Of a stretch of 64,000 nt of DNA, positions 10,660-23,858 are shown piece after piece. Under the pieces are notes generated by a model that saw only the letters and a program-made list of their open reading frames with translations, had not been told where the DNA came from and searched no databases. This DNA comes from Pristiophorus japonicus. Taxonomy: Eukaryota. A program made the position numbers and the translations under genes. The stretch lies in assembly GCF_044704955.1 (NCBI RefSeq), contig NC_091984.1:204104001-204168000 (forward strand), written 5' to 3'. Positions within the stretch are counted from its first letter, which is position 1, and each line of letters opens with the position of its first letter.

Positions 10660-13476
10660 GTAATTAACACTTTCTGTAGCGTATCGGTAATTTAAGAACT
10701 AAATGTAGTGCTGCTGACAATTGTATTAATTGATTACTGACAATCGGGATGGTAAGTACCAAAAAAAATTGGTGCGCAGAAGTAAAATTGTTTAGCTGTC
10801 GGTACAAAGTACAGTATCCTACCTAAGCATGTGACTGATATAAATATTTTCCCAATTCTAATTAAAACAATATAGTAAATTGGTTAAAATTGACCAAATA
10901 TTGACAATTTTAATATTTAGTGGTTTGACAATTTAGGAGGATATCAATGCGCATTTTTGTGTTTGGAAAGTTTACTTTGTATATATAGATCACATGATAA
11001 CATTTCTATAATGAATCGTACTCAGCGTGCTAATGCACGAAGAGAAACAGCGAGCGGAAGACGCTGCAGAGTCAAATAGCAAAAAATATAAACCTACCTC
11101 CTGAAAAGGTAAATATCAGCCATTTGCACTCATATTTGCTTTGTAACTTGAAAGAATCACCCAGCAATCTGCTTTGTTTGTGGTAGTCAATGTCTGTTCA
11201 ATTTGGGTTTTTTTTGGGGGGGAGGGGTTGCTTCCCCATAAACTACATTGAATAAGGTAAAGTCCAAATATTTCAATTTGATTTAATTTAACTCTAAGAA
11301 CTGACCAACCTGTAATAAATGTTGCTTTGTAAATTATATCCTAATTGTTGCTTATAAGTACTTTGGTGGGCTTTAGCCCAGAACTAACTTTGTTTTGCTG
11401 TTGCTGATTCAAATTGGGGGGGATTTATATAGCTCCTTTCATGACCACGGGACGTCTCCAAGCACTTTACAGCCAATTAAGTATTTTTGAAGTGTAGTCA
11501 CTGTTGTAATGTGGGAAATTGTTACAAGCATTCTGGTTTTAAATGCCAAAGTATATTTTCTGGGTATTAATGCTGGCACCAGGTTCTGTTCAGAGGCCTG
11601 TTAATATAATAAGGTCTCACAATAAATTTGTAGTCAGTAAAGGAGTTGAGATCTGGATAAGATGAAATGTTCAGAAGTACATTTGCACTCCCCTATGGCT
11701 TAGTGGGTAAAAAGCACAGCAAGATGTGTCACTAAGTCATAGACACAGGCAGATGAGCCCCTATTAAAAGGGATGTGTGTGTGCATTTGTGGATTGGACT
11801 TGATTGTGATGCCTAATGTGGTAGCCAACCACCATTAATTTTGGGGGCTTGTAAGGAATGATCACTTGGATGAGGTGTTAAGAGAGTGGGAGCTGGGATG
11901 ATCGTTTGAAAGTTAGGCAATTTAGCAGTGCGCCGCACTGTGGTGTTGTGCATGTATGGCTTGAAATTTAAAATGTTTACATTTGAATAAGAACTCTAAG
12001 CATATTGAAATTAATATAAAATATTAGTGTCAGAACACCTTCATGTTAAATAACTTAATTTAAGTGAGGATTAAACTTTTTATAAACTTGCTGCAGCAGG
12101 TTTGGACTTGATGTTTACTGATTGAAATATGGTTTCGGAATGTCTTAACCGACATCCAGAGTAAATTCTTGTTCTGTGATTATTGGCTACCACAAAATGA
12201 TTCAGAATTATCAAGAATTTTCTAAGACATCAGTAGAGTTGTATGAAACTAGGATTTGCTACTTCCTTTCAAGTCACTTTCTACATTGCTGGTGAATTTA
12301 AGATCTGAAAACATAGTTGTTCAAATTTCTGTTTAATTGAAGAAGTAGCTTAGTTGACATGGTAACTATGAAGACATAGCCTTGTAGCAAATGTACTGGC
12401 TGTGAATTGTCACATGTTTGGCAGTTTTTCCCAAATGTCTGGTGATACTGTGTGTTAAGATTTATATTCGTTAAATGGAAAATGAAAAATTGGAATTCTT
12501 TGAAGATCATAATAGGATCACAAACTTATGGGCTATTTATGTAGTTATTTTATCAATCTAATCCATCCCAGACTACTTTTTGTAATTTTGCTCTGAAAGC
12601 AAAGCTTCATTTTGATAGCATTTCAGCGTTTGACCAGAACACCCATTTGCAATGTCCTCGCAGAATTAAAAACAAATTTGATTGGAAATAGTTGATGCAA
12701 TTCCAGAATTTTTCCTATTTGGAAAGTGTGGGAACTGGATACAGGGGAAAGGGGTATTTATAGAGACAGGTACTGTTTTCAAGGTAAGTAAAACACTGAG
12801 TTTGGGTCAGATCTAAAAGTGTAACCAATTTGCATTGAAATAGGCCTTTTGATACTTGGAAAATTTAGTTATCTGCTGCAGCTGACTCCTGTCTTTGGAA
12901 GGGGAAAGGATCTGAACAGTGCCGAGCAGTTGAAATTTAAGTCTTGTGAAAGTACGTAATATCAGAACTAGTAGCTAATTGGTTTGATAGCCCAGCTTTA
13001 TTGTTTGAGTACATTGCACCTATTAAATGTATGGCCACATGTATAGCAGCTGCCATTTGAAAATTTCATGAGAGAGAGACAAATTATGTTTGATTGATTG
13101 GACTGAGTTAATTTTAATTCAAGTATAGCTGGAGAGTTTTTCTACAGTGATGACAGTAGAGGATGTGCAGTGATAAAACTTCATGAGTACAGAATAATTA
13201 TTGATGGCTAATTATTGGTATCATAGGAACAGGAGTAGGCCATTCAGCTCCTCGAACATGTATCGACATAAAATACTAGTTTTCTGATTTCTATTTCTTG
13301 GGTTTGGTGTGTTGTAAAAAGCATTGAATGTTGAGACCATGTTGCTTCACTCCTCCTAAGACATTCAAAAAATCGTTGCTTTTACAACCCACTATTAAAT
13401 CTTTATATTTTAGTATCCATACTAACTCTTTTTGTTGCACTATTTTCCTGAAAGAACCAACTTCTTCTTAAAACAG

Positions 13477-13667
13477 GAACGAAGACGGGACTTAAAAGAA
13501 AAATGTGCCACCAAAAAACAGAAATCTTCTGATCAACAAAGTGACAAGGAGCGTGACAAATGGAGGGAACGATTAAGTTCAACAGAAAATGGAGAAGACA
13601 GACCAAAGCGGAAAGAAAAGAAACCTTCAAAAAATCAAAGTTATTCAAGGTCCAGGTCAAGAGAAAG
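13477..13667 (+). CDS. RSRC2: RSRC2 exon 4 (GC donor)
   Basis: aaacag|GAACGA...GAAAG|gcaagt; contains RERLSSTENGEDRPKRKE, similar to human RERLNSSENGEDRHKRKE; 191 nt, ends phase 2. Confidence 0.88.
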
Positions 13668-13970
13668 GCAAGTATTGTTGATACCTTTTAATGTAAATAT
13701 TTTTAGGGTTCAAATAAATCTCGTGCTTGGCATCCTGATTGAGACAACATATTTGCCACATTTCTAGGGCGAAGTGTTGAAAAGTAATGGGCCTTTGTGG
13801 TAACTTCTTCTCAAAGTTTTTAAATTAACAGGGGCTGTCTTTTTCAGTTGGATGCTGCAGTTGCATGGTTGCCCCGCGAGTATTCTGTTAAGATTATTTT
13901 TAGGTGTGTGACTGATTTTCTTTTGTGTAAACATGGGAGTGTATATTTGTTGTTTTATGTTGTACTCTAG

Positions 13971-14387
13971 ATGGCATCGCAGTCGTGAAAAGAAGAGATC
14001 ACGTACACGGAGCAAAGAAAAGAGGTCTCGGAGCCGAGACAGGCGGTCAAGAAGCAGAGACAAACGCTCAAGGAGCTGGGACAGGCACTCTCGGAGCAAG
14101 GATAAGCGGTCCCGCAGCCGGGATAAGCGGTCCCGCAGCCGGGATAAGCGGTCCCGCAGCCGAGAGAAGCGGTCCCGGAGCAAAGATAAACGATCCAGAA
14201 GTAGGGACAGACGGACTCGGAGCAGGGACAAGCGTTCTCGGAGCCGGGAAAGACACTCAAGAAGCAAAGACAGGCGCTCAAGGAGTCGAGGCAGGCGCTC
14301 AAGAAGCAGAGAAAAAAAACGACGTCCAAAATCCTGTTCAAGATCACGATCAAGGCACAGGATACGCAGGAGTAGGAGCAGAAGCAA
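13971..14387 (+). CDS. RSRC2: RSRC2 exon 5, expanded RS domain
   Basis: ctctag|ATGGCAT...AGCAA|gtaggt; 417 nt, phase 2-2, RSRSRDK repeats; in frame with the exon at 28323. Confidence 0.88.
14023..14316 (+). repeat. coding 21-nt tandem repeat (14 heptads, RSRSRDK-like)
   Basis: Unit gataagcggtcccgcagccgg, near-identical at 14101-14160 and more diverged outward. Confidence 0.9.
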
Positions 14388-14557
14388 GTAGGTTCATTGC
14401 TCTCTATTTTTCTTCCCTGTAGTTATACAAAACCAGTTGGACATTTTGTGAAATTAAAAGCTTTCCTCAAATTTTTTCCCCTCTTTTCTGTTCAATAACT
14501 CCCTTATTAGGGTTACATCAGTTTGATATCAGAATTTTACCTCTAGCACCTCATGCA

Positions 14558-16386
14558 CATAGAAACATAGAAAATAGGTGCAGGAGTCGGCCATTCGTCC
14601 CTTCAAGCCTGCACCACCTTTCAATAAGATCATGGCTGATCATTCCCTCAGTACCCCTTTCCTGATTTCTCTCCATACCCCTTGATCCCCTTAGCCGTAA
14701 GGGCCATATCTAACTCCCTCTTGAATATATCCAATGAACTGGCATTAACAACTCTCTGTGGGAGGGAATTACACAGGTTAACAACTCTGAGTGAAGAAGT
14801 TTCTCCTCCTCTCAGTCCTAAATGGCCTACCCCTTATCCTTAGACTGTCCCCCCTGGTTCTGGACTTCCCCAACATCGGGAACATTCTACCCGCATCTAA
14901 CCTGTCCCGTCCTGTCAAAATCTTATATGTTTCTATGAGATCCTCTCTCATCCTTCTAAACTCCAATGTATAAAGGCCCAGTTGATCCAGTCTCTCCTCA
15001 TATGTCAGTCCTGCCGTCCCGGGAATCAGTCTGGTGAACCTTCGCTGCACTCCCTCAATAGTAAGAACGTCCTTCTTCAGATTAGGAGACCAAAACTGCA
15101 CACAATATTCCACGTGAGGCCTCACCAAGGCCCTGTACAACTGCAGTAAGACCTCCCTGCTCCTATACTCAAATCCCCTAGCTATGAAGGCCAACATACC
15201 TTTTGCCTTCTTCACCGCCTGCTGTACCTGTATGCCAACTTTCAATGACTGATGAACCATGACATCCAGGTCTCGTTGCATCTCCCCTTTTCCTAATCTG
15301 CCGCCATTCAGATAATAATCTCTCTTCACGTTTTTGCCACAAAAGTGGATAACCTCACATTTATCCACACTATACTGCATCTGCCATGCATTTGCCCACT
15401 CATCTAACCTGTCCAGTCACCCTGCAGCCTCTTAGCATCCCCCTCACAGCTCACACCGCCACCCAGTTTAGTGTCATCTGCAAACGTGGAGATATTACAC
15501 TCAATTCCTTCATCTAAATCATTAATGTATATTGTAAAGAGCTGGGGTCCCAGCACTGAGCCCCGCGGCACCCCACTAGTCACTACCTGCCATTCTGAAA
15601 AGGACCCGTTTATCCCGACTCTCTGCTTCCTGTCTGCCAACCAGTTCTCTATCCACGTCAGTATATTACCCCCAATACCATGTTCTTTGATTTTGCACAC
15701 CAATCTCTTGTGTGGGACCTTGTCAAAAGCCTTTTGAAAGTCCAAATACACCACATCCACTGGTTCTCCCTTGTCCACTCTATTAGTTACATCCTCACAA
15801 AATTCCAGAAGATTTGTCAAGCATGATTTCCCCTTCATAAATCCATGCTGACTTGGACTGATCCTGTCACTGCTTTCCAAATGCGCTGTTATTTCATCCT
15901 TAATAATTGATTCCAACATTTTCCCCACTACCGACGTAAGGCTAACCGGTCTATAATTACCCGCTTTCTCTCTCTCTCCCTTTTTAAAAAATGGTGTAAC
16001 ATTAGCTACGCTCCAGTCCATAGGAACTGAACCAGAGTCGATAGACTGTTGGAAAATGATCACCAATGCATCCACTATTTCTAGCGTCACTTCCTTAAGT
16101 ACTCTGGGATGCAGACTATCAGGCTCCGGGGATTTATCGGCCTTCAATCCTATCAATTTCCCTAACACAATTTCCCGCCAAATAAGGATATCCTTCAGTT
16201 CCTCCTTCTCACTAGACCCTCGGTCCCCTAGTACTTCTGGAAAGTTATTTGTGTCTTCCTTCGTGAAGACAGAACCAAAGTATTTGTTCAAATGGACTGC
16301 CATTTTTTTGTTCCCCATTATAAATTCACCTGAATCCAACTGCAAGGGACCTACGTTTGTCTTCACTAATCTTTTTCTCTTCACAT
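14558..16386 (-). mobile_element. 5'-truncated CR1 LINE (RT domain, one frameshift)
   Basis: ORFs 15404-16396 and 14778-15380 contain YLDFQKAFD, GVPRGSVLGP and FADDTKL; catagaaa tail repeats. Confidence 0.95.
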
Positions 16387-16739
16387 GGCCATTCATGGAT
16401 GAACTTTGCCAGTATGTATTCGCTTGCAGCCAAACCTCATCCTGTTCTCACCAGACATGAGCGTGCACACTTCCAGTAGGATCAGTGAGTAGTGGTCAGG
16501 AATGAGAATATGGTTGTTTTCACTTACCCAATCCAGAGCACTGGGGAATTATACCATTCCTCTTGTTGCGCCAGCTGAGATTAGCTAACTCCCAAAGACC
16601 AGGAAATATCTTTAACGTAGTAATATATAAAAAGTCGTGCACCTTCAATGTACATCCTGTTAGCCTTTTCCATTAAAGATTTCTATGTCCATGTTTATAA
16701 TGGAAACTATCTATGTAAAGCCAGGGAAGATTGACTCTG

Positions 16740-17710
16740 GGCAGTGGCTACGTGGATATGTAATTTGCAAATGGTGCAGAAAGCACAGAGAGTAGTGGTG
16801 AGCGGTTGTTTTTCAGACTCAGAAGAATGTAGTGGTGTCCACCATAGGTTGGTGTTGGGACCACTGCTCTTTTTGATGTATATTAATGACCTGGACTTGG
16901 CTGATGACATAAAACTCGGAAATGTAGTAAAACAACGAGGAGGATATAGGTCGACTCCAGGAGGATATAGATAGACTGGTAAAATGGGCAGACACATGGC
17001 CGATGAAATTTAACAGAAGTGTGAAGTGATTCATTTTGGGAGGAAGAATGAGGAGAGGCAATACAAACTAAATAGTACATTTTTAAAGGGGGTGCAGGAA
17101 CAGAGAGACCTGCGATGTACATGTACAAGTCTTTGGAGGTGGCACGACAAATTGAGACGGCTGTTTAAAAAGGTATGCAGGATCCTTGTCTTTTATAAAT
17201 AGAGTACAAAAGCAAGGAAGTTATGCTAAACCTTTTATAAAATACTAGTTTGACCCCAAATGGAGTATTGTGACCAATTCTGGGTACTATACTTGATGTC
17301 AAGGCCTTGGAAGGAGATTTACTAGACTGGTACCAGGGATGAAAGACTTCAATTACGTGGAGAGACTAGAGAAACTGGGGTTGTTCTCTTTAGAGGAGAG
17401 AAGGGTTTTGATAGAGTAAGGAGAAACTGTTTTCCAGTCGCAGAAGGGTGAGTAACTAGGGGACACAGATTTAAGGCAAAAGAACCAGAGGTGACATGAG
17501 GGGCAGGAAATCCGAGTTATGATCTGGAATGCACTGCCTAAGAGGGTGATGGAAGCAGATTCAACAATCATTTTCAAACAGAAATTGGATAAATACTTGA
17601 AATATTTGCAGGGGCAAAATGAGGGGAGTGGGACTAATTGAATAGCTCTTTAAAGAGCCGGCATGATGGGCCAATTGCCCTCCTTCTGTGCTGCATCATT
17701 CTATAACTCT
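16740..17710 (+). mobile_element. decayed CR1 3' fragment
   Basis: LGPLLF, INDLD and ADD motifs plus CR1 3' end. Confidence 0.8.
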
Positions 17711-18759
17711 GTGACTCATAAACAATGAACTTGGGTTATTTTTAGTGATTTTTGTTAATGGGAATATATTTGTTAAAGACAATATTAAGTGCATTAAATG
17801 TTGTTCGTTTTCCCACTGCTCTTTTCCCATTCATTCAAGAAACAAAATAAAAGCGTAAATATTTTAAGACGGGAACATAAAGACAAGAACCAGCAGTGGA
17901 TGGCAAAATTGTTGGTGGAGTACCAGAGGGTACAAAAAGGATTGTAGCCAGGTTGGGGAGGATACTGACAGTAAAGAAAATGGGGGTTTTGAATCTGATG
18001 GATCAAAAGAAGCCAATTGCAGTTTGGGTTATATTCTCCTGGGTTCCTTCCCTCAAGGGGATCTCGGATTCTGCTTTTCCCAACACTGCCAAACCCAAAT
18101 CTCCAAAACTCCTTCTCGTCTCTTGCCGGACCCTCGGACACTCTTTCTATGTTCACAAATTCCTACACCGCATTTCTCGTGCTCTTTGCCAAAAGCACCC
18201 CCAATGTTTACAGACCTTGTGAATTCCCTTCCTAATGCTCAGGATTCCTCTTCAGAGCCAGGACCAGGTTCTGTGTTCCTCAAACCTCCCTCTCCAATAT
18301 TCCTGGGAACCCCTCGCAGTGCTCCCAGATACAAGGACCCAACCCCAAAATGCTGCTAGATCCTAAAATCTAAACCAGTACTGCAAGGTCCCTGGGCCAT
18401 CCCCAATTTTTGCTAAAACATCTCTGTTCTTAAAAAATCTCCAACTTACCACGAGTGAAACTACAGAAGATCTGCTAGTAATATAATAAAAACGTTACTT
18501 TGTACGCATTTCCTATCCATTCTACTTCTCCATGTTTGATTCATCAGATTTCAAGAGTTACACTCAATTCTCTGCATTAGTAAATATAATTTCTTCTAAA
18601 GAAAAGCATAAAGAAACAAAGCAAGCCATTTGGAATGTACTTGGAGAAACTACTGAGCTCATAATTGTACTTAATATCAGAAGTGATAGTTAACAACCCA
18701 GGGTTAATAACTGATTTCTGATATTCATCTTGTTCACTTAATTGGGCTTAATGAATTGG

Positions 18760-21700
18760 ATGAGCAAGCTGACCATGGTGCAGAAGGTCATTCAAGTGGG
18801 GGGAGTGAAAGAGAATGTAGTTGTGGTAGGGGACAGTATAGTCAGAGGGATAGATACTGTTCTCTGCAGCCGCGACTGGGAGTTCCGAAGGCTGTGTTGC
18901 TTGCCAGGTTTAAAGACGACATCTCGTGACAGGAGAAGAATTTGGAGTGGGAAGGTGCGGATCCAATTGTCATGCTCCACGTAGGAACCAACAACGTAGG
19001 TAGAACTAGGAATGAGGTTCTACTGAGAGAAATTAAAAAGCAGAACCTCAAAGGTAATAATCTCTGGATTGTTACCTGAGCCAATTGGCATGAGATAAAC
19101 AGATTAGAAGGTTAAATGCGAGGAGTAACAAATAGTGTCTGAGGCAGGGGTTTTGCTTCATGGGGCACTGGCACCAGTAATAGGAAAAGGGAAACAGTTC
19201 TGTTGGGATGGGTTCCACTTAAACCGGGCTGGAACCAGTGTCCTGGTGAATCAAATAATTAGGGCAGTAGACAGGGCTTTAAACTAATTAAGGGGGAGAT
19301 GGGAGGATTCAGGAAAGAGTAAATTTAAAAGCAGCGAGAAGCCTCTAGAGCAGAGTTTTGCGTAAAAATAAACAAAGTGGATCAGAAAGGGACACAGATG
19401 GTATCAACGATAACTGCATCAGTGACTACGGTGACATCAGGGAAAAATAGAAAAAAGTCAAAGCTAAAGGCATTATATCTGAATGCGCGAAGCATTTGCA
19501 ACACAATAGATGACTTAATAGCGCAAATAGAAATTAATAGGTTTGATCTAATAGCCATTATGGAGACATGGTTGCAAAGTGACCAAGGTTGGGAACTAAA
19601 TATTCCAGGATACATAACTTTTGGAAATGGAAAAAGAAGAGGGGTAACCCTGATTAAAAACCTAGAGAGAGAAAGGATCTTGGCTCTGAAAATCCAGAAG
19701 TAGAATCAGTTTGGCTGGAGTTAAGAAACAGCAAGGGACAGAAAACATTGGTGGTAGTTGTTTACAGGCCCCCAAACAGTAGTTGTAATGTAGGGCAGAG
19801 TATAAATCAGGGAATTAGAGGCGCATGTAACAAGGGTAATACAGTAATCACGGGGGACTTTAATCTACATATAAACTGGGCAAACCAAATTTGCAGTAAT
19901 AGTGTGGAGGGATGAATTCATGGAATGTATACAAGATAGTTTTCTATATTAGTATGTTGAGCAACCAACTAGAGAACAGGCTATTTTAGGTCTAGTATTG
20001 TGCGCTGAGAAAGGGTTAATTAGTAACCTTGTAGTAAAGGGGCCCTTAGAGAAGAGTGACTATAATATGATAGAATTTTATATTAAGTTTGAAAGTGATT
20101 TAATTAAAACTAGGGTCTCAAATCTAAACAAAGCAAACTACTTGGGTATGAAGATACGGTAGATTGGGAACTACATTTTAAAAGATATGACTGGACAAGC
20201 AATGGTTAGCATTTAAATAATTGATACATAATTTACAACAAATATACATTCCTTTAATGCACAAAAACCCCACAGGAAAAGTAGTTCAACCGTGGCTAAT
20301 GAGCAGTTAAATAGAGTATTAGATCAAAGAAAAAGGCTTATAATGTTGCCAAAAAGAACAGCAAGCCTGAAGATTGGAAGGATTTTAGAATTCAGCAAAG
20401 GAAGACCAAGAAATTGATAAAGAAAGAGAAAATAGAATGAGAGTAAACCAGCGAGAGACATAAAAACAGACTGTAAAAGCTTCAATGGGTAAGTAAAAAG
20501 GTAAAGAGTAGCGAAAGTATACAGGCTGAGACAGGAGAAATTATAATGGGGAATAAACAAATGCCAGAAAAATTAAACAAATACTTTGTGTCTGTCTTCA
20601 CAGAAGAAGATGCAAAAAACCTCCCGGAAATAATGGAGAACAAAGGGTCTAGCGAGAATGAGAAAGTGGAAGAAATTAGTATCAGTGAATAAAATAGTAC
20701 TGGAGAAATTAATGGGACTGAAAGCGATAAATCCCTTGGACTTGATGGTCTACATACTAAGGTTTTGAAAGAGGTGGCTATAGAGATAGTGAATGCATTG
20801 TTTGTCATCTTCCAAAATTCCATAGATTCTAGAACTGTTCCCGCGGATTGGAAGATGGCAAATGTAACCCCACTATTTAAAAAAGGAGGGAGAGAGAAAG
20901 CGGGGAACTGCAGACATATTAGCCTGACATCATTTGTTGAGAAAATGCTGGAATCTATTATTAAGGACGTGGTAACAGGGCACTTAGAAAATAATAATAC
21001 GGTTGGGCAGAGTCAACACAGATTTATGAAAGGGAAATCATGTAATTAGCAGAATAGATAAAGAGGGAACCAGTGGATGTGGTGTATTTGGATTTTTAGA
21101 AGGCATTCAATCAGGTGCCACACAAGAGGTTATTAAACAAAATTAGGGCTCATGGGATTGGGTGTAATATACTTGAGGATAGATTAGCGGACAGAAAACA
21201 GAGTTGAATAAACAGGTCATTTGCGGCTTGGCGGACTGTAACTAGTGGGGTACCGCAAGGATTGATGCTTGGGCCCCAGCTATTCACAATCTATATCAAT
21301 GATTTGGATGAGGGGACTGGGACCAAATGTAATATACCTAAGTTTGCTGATGATATAAAGCTAGTTGGGAATGTAAGTTGTGAGGAGGATGCAAAATGGC
21401 TGCATGAGGATATAGACAGGTTAAGTGAGTGGGCAAGAACATGGCAAATTAAGTATAATGTGGACAGATTTTAAGCTATCCACTTTGGTAGGAAAAATAC
21501 AAAAGCAGAGTATTTTTAAACGGTGAGAGATTGGGAAATGTTGGTATTCAGAGGGATCTTGTACACAATCTGGGTGCCCTTGTACACGAATCACTGAAAG
21601 TTAACATGCAGGTACAACAATCATTAAGAAAACAAATGTTATGTTGGCCTTTTATTACAAGAGGATTTGAGTGTAAGAGTAAAGATGTCTTACTGCAATT

Positions 21701-22015
21701 ATTTAGAGCCCTGGTGAGACCACTCGTGGAGAATTATGTACAGTTTTGGTCTCCTTTCCCAAAGAGGAATACACTTGCCATAGAGGGACTGCAACAAAGG
21801 TTCACCAGACTGATTAATGGGATGGGGGATTGTCCTATGAGGAGAGATTAAGTAGACTAGGCCTAAATTCTCCAGTGCTTAGAAGAATGAGAAGTGATCT
21901 CATTGAAACATACAAAATTCTTACAGGGAAGATGTTTCCCCTGGCTGGGGAGTCTAGAACCAGGGGTCACAGTCTCAGAAGAAGGGCTCAGCCATTTTGG
22001 ACTGTGATGAGGAAC
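18760..22015 (+). mobile_element. near full-length decayed CR1 (ORF1 esterase plus EN-RT ORF2)
   Basis: VVVGDSIVRG and HVGTN (SGNH esterase), LNARSI and ETWL (APE endonuclease), FADD; many frameshifts. Confidence 0.9.
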
Positions 22016-23437
22016 AGAAGAAATAGGAGCAGGAGTAGGCCACCTGGCCCTTCAAACCTGCTCTGCCATTTAATAACATCATGGCTGATCTGATCATGGA
22101 CTCAGCTCCACTTGCCTGCCCTCTCCCCATAACCCTTTATTCCCTTATCGCTCAAAAATCTGTCTCCGCCTTAAATATATTCAATGACCCAGCCTCCACA
22201 GCTCTCTGGATCAGAGAATTCCATAGATGTACAACCCTCTGAGAGAAAAAATTCTTCATCTCGGTTTTAAATGGGCGGCCCCTTATTCTGAGACTATGTC
22301 CCCTAGTTTTTGTTTCCCCTATGAGTGGAAATATCCTCTGCATCCACCTTGTCTCGTCCCCTCATTGTCTTACATGTTTCGATAAGATCACCTCTCATGC
22401 TTCTGAACTCCAATGAGTTTCGTCCCAACCTACTCAACCTATCTTCATAAGTCAACCGCCTCATCTCCGGAATCAACCTAGTGAACCTTCTCTGTACAGC
22501 CTCCAATGCAAGTATATCCTTCCTTAAATACAGAGACCAAAACTGTATGCAGTACTCCAGGTGTGGCCTCACCAATACCCTGTACAGTTGTAGCAGGACT
22601 GCTCTGCTTTTATACTCTATCCCCCTTGCAATAAAAGCCAACATTCAATTTGCCTTCCTGATTACTTGCTGTACCTGCATACTCACTTTGTGTGTTTCAT
22701 GCACAAGGACCCCCAGGTCCCTCTGTACTGCAGCACTTGGCAATTTTTCTCCATTTAAATTATAATTTGCGTTTCTATTTTTTCTGCCAAAATGGATAAC
22801 CTCACATTTTCCCACATTATACACCATCTGCCAAATGTTTGCCCACTCACTTACCCTGTCTATATCCCTTTGCCGATTTTTATTTTTGTCACAATTTGCT
22901 TTCCCACCCATTTTTTGTATCATCAGCAAACTTGGCAACATTACACTCGGTCCCTTCATCTAAATCATTAATATAGATTGTAAATAGTTGAGGCTCCAGC
23001 ACCAATCCCTGCGCCACCCCACTCGTTACTGTTTGCCAAGCGGAAAATGACCCATTTATCTTGACTTTCTGTTAGTTAGCCAATCCTTTATCCATGCTAA
23101 TATATTACCCCCGGGAACTTTTATCTTGTGCAAAAACTTTTATGTGGTACCTAGAAACCTTCTGGAAACCCAAATACACCACATCCACTGGTTCCTCCTT
23201 ATCCACCCTGCACATTACATCCTCCAAGAACTCCAGCAAATTTGTCAAACATGATTTCCCTTTCATAAAACCATGCTGACTCTGCTTAATTGAATTATGC
23301 TTTTCCAAATGTCCTGCTATTGCTTCTTTAATAATGGATTCCAGCATTTTCCGAACGACAGATGTTAGGCTAACTGGTCTATAGTTTCCTGCTTTTTGTC
23401 TGCTTCCTTTTTTAACTAGGGGCGTTACATTTCCAAT

Positions 23438-23858
23438 CATAAGAACATAAGAAATAGGAACAGGAATAGGCCATACGGCCTTGTGAGCCTACTCCGCCAT
23501 TCAATAAGATCATGGCAGATCTGATCATGGACTCAGCTCCACTTCCCCGCCCGTTCCCCATAACCCCTTATCCCCTTATCATTTAAGAAACTCTATATCT
23601 GACTTAAATTTATTCAATATCCCACCTTCCACAGCTCTCTGAGGCAGTGAATTCCACAGATTTACAACCCTCTGAGAGAAGAAATTCCTCCTCATCTCAG
23701 TTTTAAATGTGCGGTCCCTTATTCTAAGATTATGCCCCCTAGTTCAAGTCTCCCCCATCAGTGGAAACATCCTCTCTGCATCCACCTTGTCAAGCCCCCC
23801 CCATAATCTTATACGTTTTGATAAGATCACCTCTCATTCTTCTGAATTCCAATGCGTA
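23438..23858 (-). mobile_element. CR1 3' tail nested in a CR1
   Basis: Interrupts the host between ttccaatc and gctggaccacccc; begins cataagaacataag. Confidence 0.85.

Noticed and set aside
13764-14422. Long antisense and alternate-frame ORFs (Leu/Arg-rich 207 aa, 128 aa, 145 aa)
   Set aside because: They are shadows of the 21-nt RS repeat, which lacks stops in other frames.
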